Below are positions 8,446 to 16,992 of a DNA stretch of 29,013 nucleotides, piece by piece. Source of the stretch: Limisphaerales bacterium (GTDB lineage: Bacteria > Verrucomicrobiota > Verrucomicrobiia > Limisphaerales > JAJOIW01); assembly GCA_965657355.1 (NCBI GenBank), contig CBFHOE010000005.1:191270-220282 (forward strand). Reading direction: 5' to 3'. The notes under the pieces were generated by a model that was not told where the DNA came from, did no database searches, and saw nothing but the letters and a program-made list of their open reading frames with translations. The position numbers and the translations under genes were made by a program. Each line of letters begins with the position of its first letter. Position 1 is the first letter of the stretch.

Positions 8446-9459
8446 TTAATTGGTCACTTTAATATTACCCGCGCGGTGGTCATGAAGAAGTTTCACATCA
8501 GAATCGACCATTAATCGGACCAAATCTTCAAATCTAGTCTTAGGCTCCCAGCCAAGCTTTTCTTTTGCTTTTGCATAATCACCAATCAGAAGGTCAACTT
8601 CTGCAGGCCGATAATATCTAGGATCAATTTCAACATAATCCTCATAATTTAGCCCAACATGGCCGAAGGCAATTTCAAGAAATTCTCTGACCGAATGCGT
8701 CTCATTAGTAGCGACAACGTAATCATCTCCATGAGGCTGCTGTAGCATAAGCCACATTGCTTCGACATATTCCTTGGCAAAACCCCAATCCCTTTTTGCA
8801 TCCAAATTTCCCAAAAATAGTTTGTCCTGAAGGCCGGCCTTAATCTGAGCAACAGCTCTGGTAATCTTTCGGGTAACGAATGTTTCACCACGACGTGGTG
8901 ACTCGTGATTGAATAAAATTCCGTTGCTTGTGTGCATCCCGTACGATTCCCTGTAATTTACAACAATCCAATATGAGTAAACTTTGGCGCACGCATATGG
9001 GCTTCTTGGGTAAAAAGGCGTCTCCTCTGTTTGGGGAACAGCTTGAACCTTTCCATACATTTCACTAGAGCTAGCCTGATAAAATCTGGGCTGTATTCCC
9101 GTCTCGCGAATAGCTTCCAAAAGTCTTACAGTTCCAGTTCCGTCAACATCTGTGGTGTATTCGGGAGCATCAAAACTCACTCTGACATGACTTTGAGCCG
9201 CTAGATTATACACCTCATCCGGTTGGATTTTGCTTATCAGTTTGGATAAGCCACTCCCGTCAGAAAGATCCCCGTAATGCAAATGAAGCTGGCGCTGAGC
9301 ATCTTGTGGAGAGGAATAAATATCATCTAACCTGCCGGTGTTGAAAGTACTGGCTCTTCGGATGATACCGTGGACTTCATATCCTTTTTCGATTAGGAGC
9401 TCCGTTAGATAAGACCCGTCCTGTCCCGTTACTCCTGTTATCAATGCTTTCTTGCTCAT
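8446..9459 (-). CDS. gmd: GDP-mannose 4,6-dehydratase, canonical paralog 1
   Basis: [87 protein letters not shown]. Confidence 0.97.
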   Translation of the reverse strand: MSKKALITGVTGQDGSYLTELLIEKGYEVHGIIRRASTFNTGRLDDIYSSPQDAQRQLHLHYGDLSDGSGLSKLISKIQPDEVYNLAAQSHVRVSFDAPEYTTDVDGTGTVRLLEAIRETGIQPRFYQASSSEMYGKVQAVPQTEETPFYPRSPYACAKVYSYWIVVNYRESYGMHTSNGILFNHESPRRGETFVTRKITRAVAQIKAGLQDKLFLGNLDAKRDWGFAKEYVEAMWLMLQQPHGDDYVVATNETHSVREFLEIAFGHVGLNYEDYVEIDPRYYRPAEVDLLIGDYAKAKEKLGWEPKTRFEDLVRLMVDSDVKLLHDHRAGNIKVTN

Positions 9460-9524
9460 TTCTTTTGATTATCAGCCTTTATTTGCTTTTTGCTTATGCC
9501 AATTGGCACTTTCACTGCGGTTTA

Positions 9525-9565
9525 ACAATAACTATCGGCTAAATCAATAGCAACCCTTAGCCGAT
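9525..9565 (-). promoter_or_regulatory. Putative sigma-70 promoter of the gmd pair overlapped by a 9-bp inverted repeat
   Basis: Minus strand TTGCTA(9553-9548)-17 bp-TATTGT(9530-9525). ATCGGCTAA(9534-9542) and TTAGCCGAT(9557-9565) flank the -35. Confidence 0.45.
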
Positions 9566-9678
9566 TCAGGATGAACGGTTTAGAAATATTTTTTCAAGAG
9601 CATGAAAGAAATTTTTTACACGCGCCAAATCGGTCGAAAATAACTCAAACTAAAAGAAAGTGGCCCAAATTGAACAAG

Positions 9679-10308
9679 TCATTCAGGAAAATTCTTGACC
9701 ATTCTAGGTTCTTTGCTTTTTCCAATAGGGGTGTTGAGCTGATTTAGAATATTGGCGAGTTCCTTTGGCGGTAGGACTTTATGATCGTCTTTCCGAGGCT
9801 TACCTGGTGAAGGTGGCGGTTTAAAGAAAGTAACCAGCCCGCCACCAATCGCTGCCAGGAGGATCCCGACGAAAAACATCGGCTTAATGGATCCAATACC
9901 ATCTGCTGGTGGATGAATTATTATCGATGCAATGGCATTTATAATGGGTGCTCCAGCAAAAACTATAGACATCACAACAACCGGTGTTCCTTTAGCACCA
10001 AACGCCAAGAGAATCCCAAAGGCACCGATGGCGCCAAAGGCGCCCGCGACAAACGAGTATAATGAACCCGATTTTGTGAAGTTGAGCCCCCCTTCGGACG
10101 GGATTAAAAAAGTCAGTGGCCCAAGCACAGCGACGACAAAATAAGCGACACCAACTAAGAGAAAAGCTTTATACCTTCCAACAGCTTTATCCTTCATCCC
10201 AACCTGTCCGGAGTGAAGGAGATTCCCGTAGACGCCGAAACAAAATACAGTCAGCAAAGAAAAGATTAACCACCAAATGCCTGTTTGATCACTAGTTGCC
10301 CCGATCAT
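9679..10308 (-). CDS. Hypothetical integral membrane protein (about 5 TM, Gly-rich, DMT/EamA-like half)
   Basis: Five hydrophobic helices (WWLIFSLLTVFCFGVYG; FLLVGVAYFVVAVLGP; FVAGAFGAIGAFGILLAF; VMSIVFAGAPIINAI; FFVGILLAAIGGGLVTFFKP). ATG 10308 is favoured by promoter spacing; ATG 10326 is also in frame. Confidence 0.65.
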   Translation of the reverse strand: MIGATSDQTGIWWLIFSLLTVFCFGVYGNLLHSGQVGMKDKAVGRYKAFLLVGVAYFVVAVLGPLTFLIPSEGGLNFTKSGSLYSFVAGAFGAIGAFGILLAFGAKGTPVVVMSIVFAGAPIINAIASIIIHPPADGIGSIKPMFFVGILLAAIGGGLVTFFKPPPSPGKPRKDDHKVLPPKELANILNQLNTPIGKSKEPRMVKNFPE

Positions 10309-10398
10309 TAGAGTTATGTTATGCATATTTTGTAGTCCTGCAATTAGTTTCTATATTTCGTTCGAATTAATGACGTGTTTTGAATTAGACTGTGACGA

Positions 10399-11355
10399 GT
10401 GGCAAACGATATTGACCTCAAATTTCTTATCCAGATTGTTGCAGATACGCTAAATGCGGATAGATCCTCGATTAGGTTGAAGGCAATCAAAACGGGTCGC
10501 TTCAATTTAAGCTGGATAGTTGATGGATGGAAAGAGCCTCTTATTGTTCGTGTATCTCCTGAACAAAACGGAGAAAGGATGCTATTCTACGAACACCGAA
10601 TGATTCTTCAAGGGCCTTCAATTTTAAAGATTGTCGACCAAAACACAGATGTCCCAGTCCCGAAAATTTTATCTCTTACCGAAAAAGATCAGGTAATACG
10701 CAGAGATTGGTTACTTATGACCAGGCTATCTGGAACACCCATGTCCCATGCCATTATTGAAGAAAAATCCCTATCCCGCGTTTACCAAGAAATCGGTTCG
10801 GCATTGCAGAAAATTCACAAGGTGACTCGCGATAATTTTGGATATCTGGGAGAACATGCTCCCATGGAGGGACAACGCTCATGGCCAGAAGCATTTCGAG
10901 CCATGTGGAACGCGCTGATTGATGATATTCTGAGAATAAAGGGTTATTCCTTGGAGGAGGCAGCCGCAATGAAACGCCTCATAGAGTCCTTCGAAAAAAA
11001 TATCCCTGATTTAAAGTCCTCATGCCTGCTTCACATGGATCTATGGCAAGAAAACATTCTCATTTCCAAGGACCAAAAACTGTCGGGGATCGTCGATTGG
11101 GACAACGCACTTTGGGGTGACCCAGATCTAGATTTAACCATCTGCCAATATTACGGACTGGCTTGTCGCTCCTTTTTTGATGGCTATTCAGACCATTCAT
11201 TTCAAGCACAAGCCAAAGACCCAATTAAGAAACTGTATTTACTCTATAATATTCAAAAGTATATTTTCATTAATCGAGCAAGGCGTGGAGCCAATAAGAT
11301 TGCAGACAATTATAAAAAACAATGTCTTAGGATAGCCCGCACGCTTTTCGAATAG
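10399..11355 (+). CDS. APH/choline-kinase-like phosphotransferase family protein
   Basis: Brenner motif LLHMDLWQENILI, GIVDWDNALWGDPDLDL, N-lobe GRFN and VPVPKIL. Substrate unknown. Confidence 0.85.
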   Translation: MANDIDLKFLIQIVADTLNADRSSIRLKAIKTGRFNLSWIVDGWKEPLIVRVSPEQNGERMLFYEHRMILQGPSILKIVDQNTDVPVPKILSLTEKDQVIRRDWLLMTRLSGTPMSHAIIEEKSLSRVYQEIGSALQKIHKVTRDNFGYLGEHAPMEGQRSWPEAFRAMWNALIDDILRIKGYSLEEAAAMKRLIESFEKNIPDLKSSCLLHMDLWQENILISKDQKLSGIVDWDNALWGDPDLDLTICQYYGLACRSFFDGYSDHSFQAQAKDPIKKLYLLYNIQKYIFINRARRGANKIADNYKKQCLRIARTLFE

Positions 11356-11365
11356 GAAAGTTTCA

Positions 11366-12892
11366 TTAAGTATTTTCTTGGTTTGGGATAACAACGGCAG
11401 TCGAATTTCTAAATTCAATTATCCTCACCGACTGCCCCTTCTCCAAAAGGCCTTCATCGGAAACAACATCAATAACGTCTTTCCCGAAAGTTCCTTTACC
11501 ACCCGGCCTCAAATCAGTCAGAGCTATACCTGTTTGACCAATGAAACTTTCATTTTCCTTTCTTATTTTTTCAACCGACTCCACCCCACTGCTTGATTGC
11601 GAGACAATTCGGTTATAAACAGGTGTGCGGGGCAAAACTTTGGCGAGCACAATAAGAGAAACCAAAAACCCAACCATAACGACGCCCAATTCCTTAAATC
11701 TTTTCAAGATTGCATTTTTGAAATAATCACTTCGTTCTTTAGTTACATCGGCAATATCACCAGATTCATCTTGGCTAATTGGGCTTTCGTCATCAACGAA
11801 TTCAGCAGGACTTGGATTGAAGTTTGGATCGTAATCAAGAAAAGCCATCGTTATCGACAATGCCATCAATACAGCTCCAGTCACGCCTAGAACGAATGTT
11901 CCAGGAAACAAGAAGACTTCTCCAAATATGAGTATCACTCCGATAATAAAAACGATAAGCCATCCCAATGCAGAAAAGCCAGCGATGTAACCCCCTAGAA
12001 AATATAATCCGGCAGCTACGATACCTATCAAGCCAGGCACTCCAAAACCTGGTGATTGAAACTCCATATAAAGCCCAACCATAGCAATGAGGAGAAGAAT
12101 GGGGCTGATAGAGGTTAACCATGACCCCACCAACTCTGTCCCAGTGTATTCCACATCTACTCTGTCTGAGCTTTGGTAGCCTAAATACTGCACGAGTAAG
12201 TCCAGGTCATCGATGACAGCTTCAGCCAGAAGCGGCTTCGGGGGATCTCCATATTTCTTGGTAGCCTCATCTGCTGTCAGGGTAAGAATATCTCCCTCTT
12301 TACTTATGACTTCACCATCGACAACAAGTTCCTTTTTCATGTCAATCATGACTTCAAAAACGGCAAAGTTATGTCCATTTTTATTTGCCTTACTTCTCAC
12401 TTTCGCTTGCATTGCCGAACTAAATTTGGCTTTGACATCTTCAGGCAAGTCAATTGGCGTCCCTCCCGGTCCGATCATGATGGCAGTTGCCGCACCAATC
12501 ACAGAATCAGGTGCCATAAAGATCCTATTTGTTGCGGCAGCTATCAATGCTCCAGCAGAATACGCCTCATCATTGACATAAGTCACAGTCAAGCCATTGA
12601 AAGATTCCAAGATATCAAAAATGTCCATGGTAGCCGCTAGAGACCCTCCGGGAGTTTTCATATCCAGTATAAGAACTTCAGCCTCCATCTCATTTGCTTC
12701 CCTAACAGCTCTTCTCAGAAAAACTTCTTGTTTTCCGCTTATTTCATCCTGAACAGGTATGACATAAACAAGAGAACCTGTTTCATCTAAAGTAGAATTA
12801 TCGCTACCCTTTTCTTTGCTTTCAGCCCCTTTAGAATCCAGGGAAGGAAGAATCGAAATAAACCCCCATAAAAATAAAGCCATCAATCGCAT
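11366..12892 (-). CDS. nfeD: NfeD family membrane-bound serine protease (ClpP-class N domain, TM region, C-terminal OB fold)
   Basis: Signal peptide; LDMKTPGG, AYSAGALI (catalytic Ser), MAPDSVIGAA; EFQSPGFGVPG; C-terminal GQTGIALTDLRPGGKG..IDVVSD. Confidence 0.88.
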   Translation of the reverse strand: MRLMALFLWGFISILPSLDSKGAESKEKGSDNSTLDETGSLVYVIPVQDEISGKQEVFLRRAVREANEMEAEVLILDMKTPGGSLAATMDIFDILESFNGLTVTYVNDEAYSAGALIAAATNRIFMAPDSVIGAATAIMIGPGGTPIDLPEDVKAKFSSAMQAKVRSKANKNGHNFAVFEVMIDMKKELVVDGEVISKEGDILTLTADEATKKYGDPPKPLLAEAVIDDLDLLVQYLGYQSSDRVDVEYTGTELVGSWLTSISPILLLIAMVGLYMEFQSPGFGVPGLIGIVAAGLYFLGGYIAGFSALGWLIVFIIGVILIFGEVFLFPGTFVLGVTGAVLMALSITMAFLDYDPNFNPSPAEFVDDESPISQDESGDIADVTKERSDYFKNAILKRFKELGVVMVGFLVSLIVLAKVLPRTPVYNRIVSQSSSGVESVEKIRKENESFIGQTGIALTDLRPGGKGTFGKDVIDVVSDEGLLEKGQSVRIIEFRNSTAVVIPNQENT

Positions 12893-12898
12893 ATTTGA

Positions 12899-12927
12899 AA
12901 TCTATGATGAGTCGCTCAGGTTAGCAA
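12899..12927 (-). promoter_or_regulatory. Putative leaderless sigma-70 promoter of nfeD
   Basis: Minus strand TTGCTA(12927-12922)-17 bp-TAGATT(12904-12899)-6 nt-ATG(12892). Confidence 0.5.
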
Positions 12928-12970
12928 GGGTCTATAAATTGTTCGAAATCATGTCACAAGCATAAGTCCC

Positions 12971-13645
12971 TTACCTTTTCATGGTAAAAGCGCCAGCGGA
13001 ATATTTGTGTTCAGATAATTCTTTTATTCTTTCAGAGATACTTTGGCTCTCCCAATCAAGCCATCTCTCAAAAGTATTATTTGGTTGAGTTACCATTGCA
13101 TTAATCCAATGAGCTTTTAATTCAGGAGAAGCGGATGTTTGAATAGACCCTTGGATTAAAAGTCCATTCTTATTTCTTCTTTGGGCTGCTCCTCCTATCT
13201 TTTTCCCACCTGACAAAAGATCATCTTTTTCTGCTCCAATGAAACAGCTTCCCGGGCCCGACGAATCTTTTTCAGGAGCTAATGAAGCAGAAACACCAAT
13301 ACTCATCAAAGAATCTCTGCACCACTTGTGTATACGCTCGTAACTCTGCTCGGCGGTGATACTCCACCACTCATGAGATTTGGGTATGATAACTGAATAA
13401 GTCCAATCAGAGGCATGTTCGACGACTCCGCCACCAGTAGGCCTTCGAACTAAAGGGCGAAGCTGTGTCATTTTTAAAACATCAGAGAATTTTTGAAAAT
13501 AACCGAAACTCGCAGGCTTGCCTTCCCATGAGTAAAAACGAATCAGCGGCTGCCTGATATTAATTGAATTTTCAAGCAATGCCTGATCAACGGCCATATT
13601 GGTTGAGGCATCGATTGCTGGTGTCTCAATCCATCTCCAATTCAT
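12971..13645 (-). CDS. Lipoate-protein ligase / octanoyltransferase family (BPL_LplA_LipB; LipM-like single domain)
   Basis: NMAVDQALL, IRFYSW, VRRPTGGGVVEH, GSCF (LipM-type Cys), KKIGGAAQRR, LIQGSI; 224 aa with no LplA C-terminal domain. Confidence 0.85.
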   Translation of the reverse strand: MNWRWIETPAIDASTNMAVDQALLENSINIRQPLIRFYSWEGKPASFGYFQKFSDVLKMTQLRPLVRRPTGGGVVEHASDWTYSVIIPKSHEWWSITAEQSYERIHKWCRDSLMSIGVSASLAPEKDSSGPGSCFIGAEKDDLLSGGKKIGGAAQRRNKNGLLIQGSIQTSASPELKAHWINAMVTQPNNTFERWLDWESQSISERIKELSEHKYSAGAFTMKR

Positions 13646-13679
13646 ATTGAGTTTAAATTTTTAAAATGCCCGTCCCAGG

Positions 13680-14936
13680 TCAGCCCAGCTTTGGAATCTC
13701 CATATTGGATTGGACTTTTTCTGAGGAGACAATCTCTTTGTCATCGACCTCTGGATACTCAAAGACCTTACCTTCAAAGTTTCTCACCACAATGCGGTCT
13801 TTTGAGTGACTGAGAATATATTCGGGATTAATTGGTATCTTCCCACCGCCTCCAGGAGCATCTATAACATATTGAGGAACAGCGTAACCGGTGGTATGCC
13901 CTCGGATCTTGTTCATTAATTCAATCCCTTTTCTCACACTAACCCTCAAGTGACTTGAACCTTTGATAAGATCACATTGGTATAAATAATAGGGCCTCAC
14001 TCTGCACATGATCAATTTGTGGAGCAATGCTTTAAGCGTTGTAATGTCGTCATTTACACCCTTTAGAAGGACTGATTGATTGCCAAGTGGCACACCGGAA
14101 TCCGCCAATTTGGAGAGACCTTCCTGGACTTCGGAAGTTAGTTCAGCGGGATGATTCGCGTGAATACTTATATATAAAGGATGATGTTTTTGGAGAATTT
14201 TACATAATGCAGGGGTAATTCGTTGAGGCAGAAATAATGGAATCCTAGACCCAATCCTCACGAACTCGATGTGCTTTATTTTCCTTAATTCAGTCAAAAT
14301 AGCGTCCAACTTAGCATCACTGAGCAGAAGCGGATCACCGCCACTTAGCAATACATCGCGAATCTCAGGGTGCTTTTTGATGTAATCTATCTGTTGACTG
14401 AAGTTTGGATGAAAATCATAACCGCTCGCATTGGAAACCAAACGGGAACGAGTGCAATACCGGCAATAAGCGGCACATCGATCAGTAACCAAAAACAGGA
14501 CTCTATCCGGATAGCGGTGGACTAGTCCTGGCACTGGGGAATGACTATCCTCGCCGCATGGATCGCCCATCTCCCAATCCTTGACTTCCAACTCACGGGA
14601 CCGTGGTATGACCTGCTTGCGGATAGGGCAGCTTTCATCCTCAGGATTAATCAAATTGAAAAAATACGGAGTAATAGCCATGGCTAGACGATTTCCACTT
14701 AGATTAACCCCTTCGCGCTCATCCTCCGTGAGCATGGACATCCATTCTTGCAAATCCCCCATCTTTGTGAGGCGATTTTTCATTTGCCAAACCCAATCAT
14801 TCCAGTTCTCATCGGGCACCTCTTCCCACGGCCCTTTACCTGATAGTCTAAATTTCTTTAGTTCAGAAAGCCGATTTTGATCGACCGAATACGGATCATC
14901 TGGATTGATTTTGTGTTTTTGAGGCCGGATAGACAT
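13680..14936 (-). CDS. kamA: Lysine 2,3-aminomutase (KamA family radical SAM, PLP-dependent)
   Basis: WNDWVWQMKN, LVHRYPDRVL, CAAYCRYCTR (CxxxCxxC + Arg), LSGGDPL, NQSVLLKGVND, YLYQCD, DAPGGGGK (PLP Lys). Confidence 0.92.
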   Translation of the reverse strand: MSIRPQKHKINPDDPYSVDQNRLSELKKFRLSGKGPWEEVPDENWNDWVWQMKNRLTKMGDLQEWMSMLTEDEREGVNLSGNRLAMAITPYFFNLINPEDESCPIRKQVIPRSRELEVKDWEMGDPCGEDSHSPVPGLVHRYPDRVLFLVTDRCAAYCRYCTRSRLVSNASGYDFHPNFSQQIDYIKKHPEIRDVLLSGGDPLLLSDAKLDAILTELRKIKHIEFVRIGSRIPLFLPQRITPALCKILQKHHPLYISIHANHPAELTSEVQEGLSKLADSGVPLGNQSVLLKGVNDDITTLKALLHKLIMCRVRPYYLYQCDLIKGSSHLRVSVRKGIELMNKIRGHTTGYAVPQYVIDAPGGGGKIPINPEYILSHSKDRIVVRNFEGKVFEYPEVDDKEIVSSEKVQSNMEIPKLG

Positions 14937-14945
14937 CGTTCTGTA

Positions 14946-14977
14946 ACTATATGAGCTGCCGAAGTGATGTCAATCAC
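14946..14977 (-). promoter_or_regulatory. Putative sigma-70 promoter of kamA with a CRP/FNR-like palindrome over the -35
   Basis: Minus strand TTGACA(14973-14968)-16 bp-TATAGT(14951-14946)-9 nt-ATG. GTGA-N6-TCAC at 14964-14977. Confidence 0.55.
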
Positions 14978-15081
14978 CCTACCTTTAGCGACCTTAATTA
15001 AGTTTTTGATCCATGTTAATAGATCGACAACGATCACTATTTCTTGTTCAGATACAAAGAATCCTAAAATGGTCCTTTATT

Positions 15082-16464
15082 ATGATCTTTTTCCGAAAAC
15101 CAGCAAAAAGCAGTCCCCTTTTGGGGCTTATCTTTACCACCGCGATCATGCTGGTATCCAAAAATTCATTTTCTGAAGAGGTCGATTTCACCAAACAGAT
15201 AGCCCCACTGCTCTATAAAAAATGCCACTCCTGCCATAATGAAAAGCGATCAAAAGGAGGCTACAGGGTAGACCAATTGGGCCTAATAAATGAGCCGGGT
15301 GAGTCCAACTTGTGGCCGATCGTAAAGGGCCAACCCGATGAAAGCAACCTGTGGCGCCTTGTAAACCATCAGAGTAAACCAGAGAGAATGCCCCTGGATT
15401 CTGACCCTTTAAACCAAATTGAGAAAAAACTCATTGAAAATTGGATAAAAGAAGGTGGGAGTATCGGAAAACACGCTCCAGAAACACACCTAAGCTCTAT
15501 TCTTCCGAGGCCGAAATATCCAAAGCCACCACACCATTACAAAAGCCCATACCCAGCAACCTCCACTGCTTTTTCTCCGGATAATCGATTCTTGGCCACT
15601 GGTGGAATTCATGAAATCTTAATATTCAAATTAGTAAATAGAACCATCTCGCTATCAAAAAGGATTCCGAACCTACCTGAGAGAATCTACAAAATACTTT
15701 GGCAGGATTCATCCGAACTCTTGGTTGCCGGCGGTAATCCAGGCAGAACTGGCGAGGTTTGTCGTGTTTCCCTTAAAAATGACAATCCTTCTCTTATTAT
15801 TCCAATTGCGAGCGGAAAAGACTCATTTTTTGATATCGTATTTCTGGATAACAACAAAAAAATAGCTGCAATAGGAGCAGACGGAAAAATATTGATCATA
15901 AATCTTAACTCATTTGAGGTTAAGAAGGTTTTAATGGCTCACTCAGATTGGGGCTTTGATTTAGGCTTTGCGGATATTAACAACCAATACCATCTCTTCT
16001 CGTGCGGTAGAGATAAGTCGATACGGTCATATAATTTAAATACTTCTAAATTGGACATCAACCTCACAGGCTTTAAGGCACCGATTAGATCTTTAGAAAT
16101 TCACCCGAACTCTCACTTTGGAATTTGCCTCATGTTGGAAAAAAACTCCCTCATTACTTGGGACATTAAAAAAGAGAAGATCGGAAAAGCGCTAACCATA
16201 GAAGGGGCTGATCCTTCAAGCATTATGAAGCTTAAGGAAACCCTTATTGTGGGAGATTCTTCAGGTAAACTCATCAAACTCAACAAAACTTGGAACAAGA
16301 CCGTACTGAGCAAAAAATTGGGCCAAGAGAAAATCATTTCTATCTCGGCAAGCAACAATCATAAAACACTCGCTATCTCTTTTGGCTCAGGAAAAATATC
16401 ACTTAACAATGCAGATAATTTTGAGCCAATTTTGAGTTTCCTGAATTTACCTACAACACAATAA
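15082..16464 (+). CDS. Planctomycete-type cytochrome c domain plus WD40 beta-propeller protein
   Basis: Signal-like segment, VDFTKQIAPLLYKKCHSCH (CxxCH), IVKGQPDESNL, ERMP, IENWIKEG; WD40 blades AFSPDNRFLATGG, AHSDWGFDLGF, SCGRDKSIRSY. ATG 15082 is preferred over 15013. Confidence 0.85.
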   Translation: MIFFRKPAKSSPLLGLIFTTAIMLVSKNSFSEEVDFTKQIAPLLYKKCHSCHNEKRSKGGYRVDQLGLINEPGESNLWPIVKGQPDESNLWRLVNHQSKPERMPLDSDPLNQIEKKLIENWIKEGGSIGKHAPETHLSSILPRPKYPKPPHHYKSPYPATSTAFSPDNRFLATGGIHEILIFKLVNRTISLSKRIPNLPERIYKILWQDSSELLVAGGNPGRTGEVCRVSLKNDNPSLIIPIASGKDSFFDIVFLDNNKKIAAIGADGKILIINLNSFEVKKVLMAHSDWGFDLGFADINNQYHLFSCGRDKSIRSYNLNTSKLDINLTGFKAPIRSLEIHPNSHFGICLMLEKNSLITWDIKKEKIGKALTIEGADPSSIMKLKETLIVGDSSGKLIKLNKTWNKTVLSKKLGQEKIISISASNNHKTLAISFGSGKISLNNADNFEPILSFLNLPTTQ

Positions 16465-16497
16465 CCACGTCACAATACCAAAGAGTGAGTGTATTAC

Positions 16498-16770
16498 TCA
16501 TGAATTATTAGAAGCGTCTGGGTCTGTTTTTGATAACTGCTTTTGAATAAATCCAGGCATCTTGGAACAAATCCTCACAAATAACTTATTAAAATTGGGG
16601 AACCGGTGCCGGCACTTTTTTACAAATTGGGCAAATCTACGAGAACTGCCTACCAAGAAAAAAGATCCGGTGGCTATTAATAAAGCACCGAATGGTACTG
16701 GCATGAAAAACAACGGTACTCCCGCTATGATCATCAAACTCCCTAAAATTCGATAGATCAAATTTATCAT
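16498..16770 (-). CDS. Small membrane protein (PGPGW-like TM hairpin)
   Basis: ILGSLMIIAGVPLFFMPVPFGALLIATG hairpin followed by a basic amphipathic tail. Possible promoter TTGGCA(16861-16856)-17-CATAAT(16838-16833). Confidence 0.6.
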   Translation of the reverse strand: MINLIYRILGSLMIIAGVPLFFMPVPFGALLIATGSFFLVGSSRRFAQFVKKCRHRFPNFNKLFVRICSKMPGFIQKQLSKTDPDASNNS

Positions 16771-16992
16771 AACACTTCCTTTTTTCCGTCTTTCACTGAT
16801 TATTTTCGCAACAAGCACACTCAACCCCTTATATTATGCACTTATTCGTCTAAACTGCCAAGCAGGCTAATGACCATGTAAAAGCTTTAATAATTTGCCT
16901 GGCACATAATATGTATAATAATCCTTGTATGTTGGGAATTTTAGACAATTGAGGATCGTCAGGAGCCTTTGTGAGGGCTAGAATTACGATTC

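Noticed and set aside
7300..9459. tRNA as an integration site for a gmd island
   Set aside because: No integrase or transposase, and I saw no duplicate of the tRNA 3' end in the window.
10399..11355. Aminoglycoside resistance gene
   Set aside because: Only the general APH/ChoK kinase fold is evident; no specific resemblance to known aph genes and no mobile context.
16900..16916. Sigma-54-like TGGCACATAATATGT upstream of EVE
   Set aside because: The -12 position reads GT rather than the near-invariant GC; a sigma-70 -10 next to the ATG explains the gene better.
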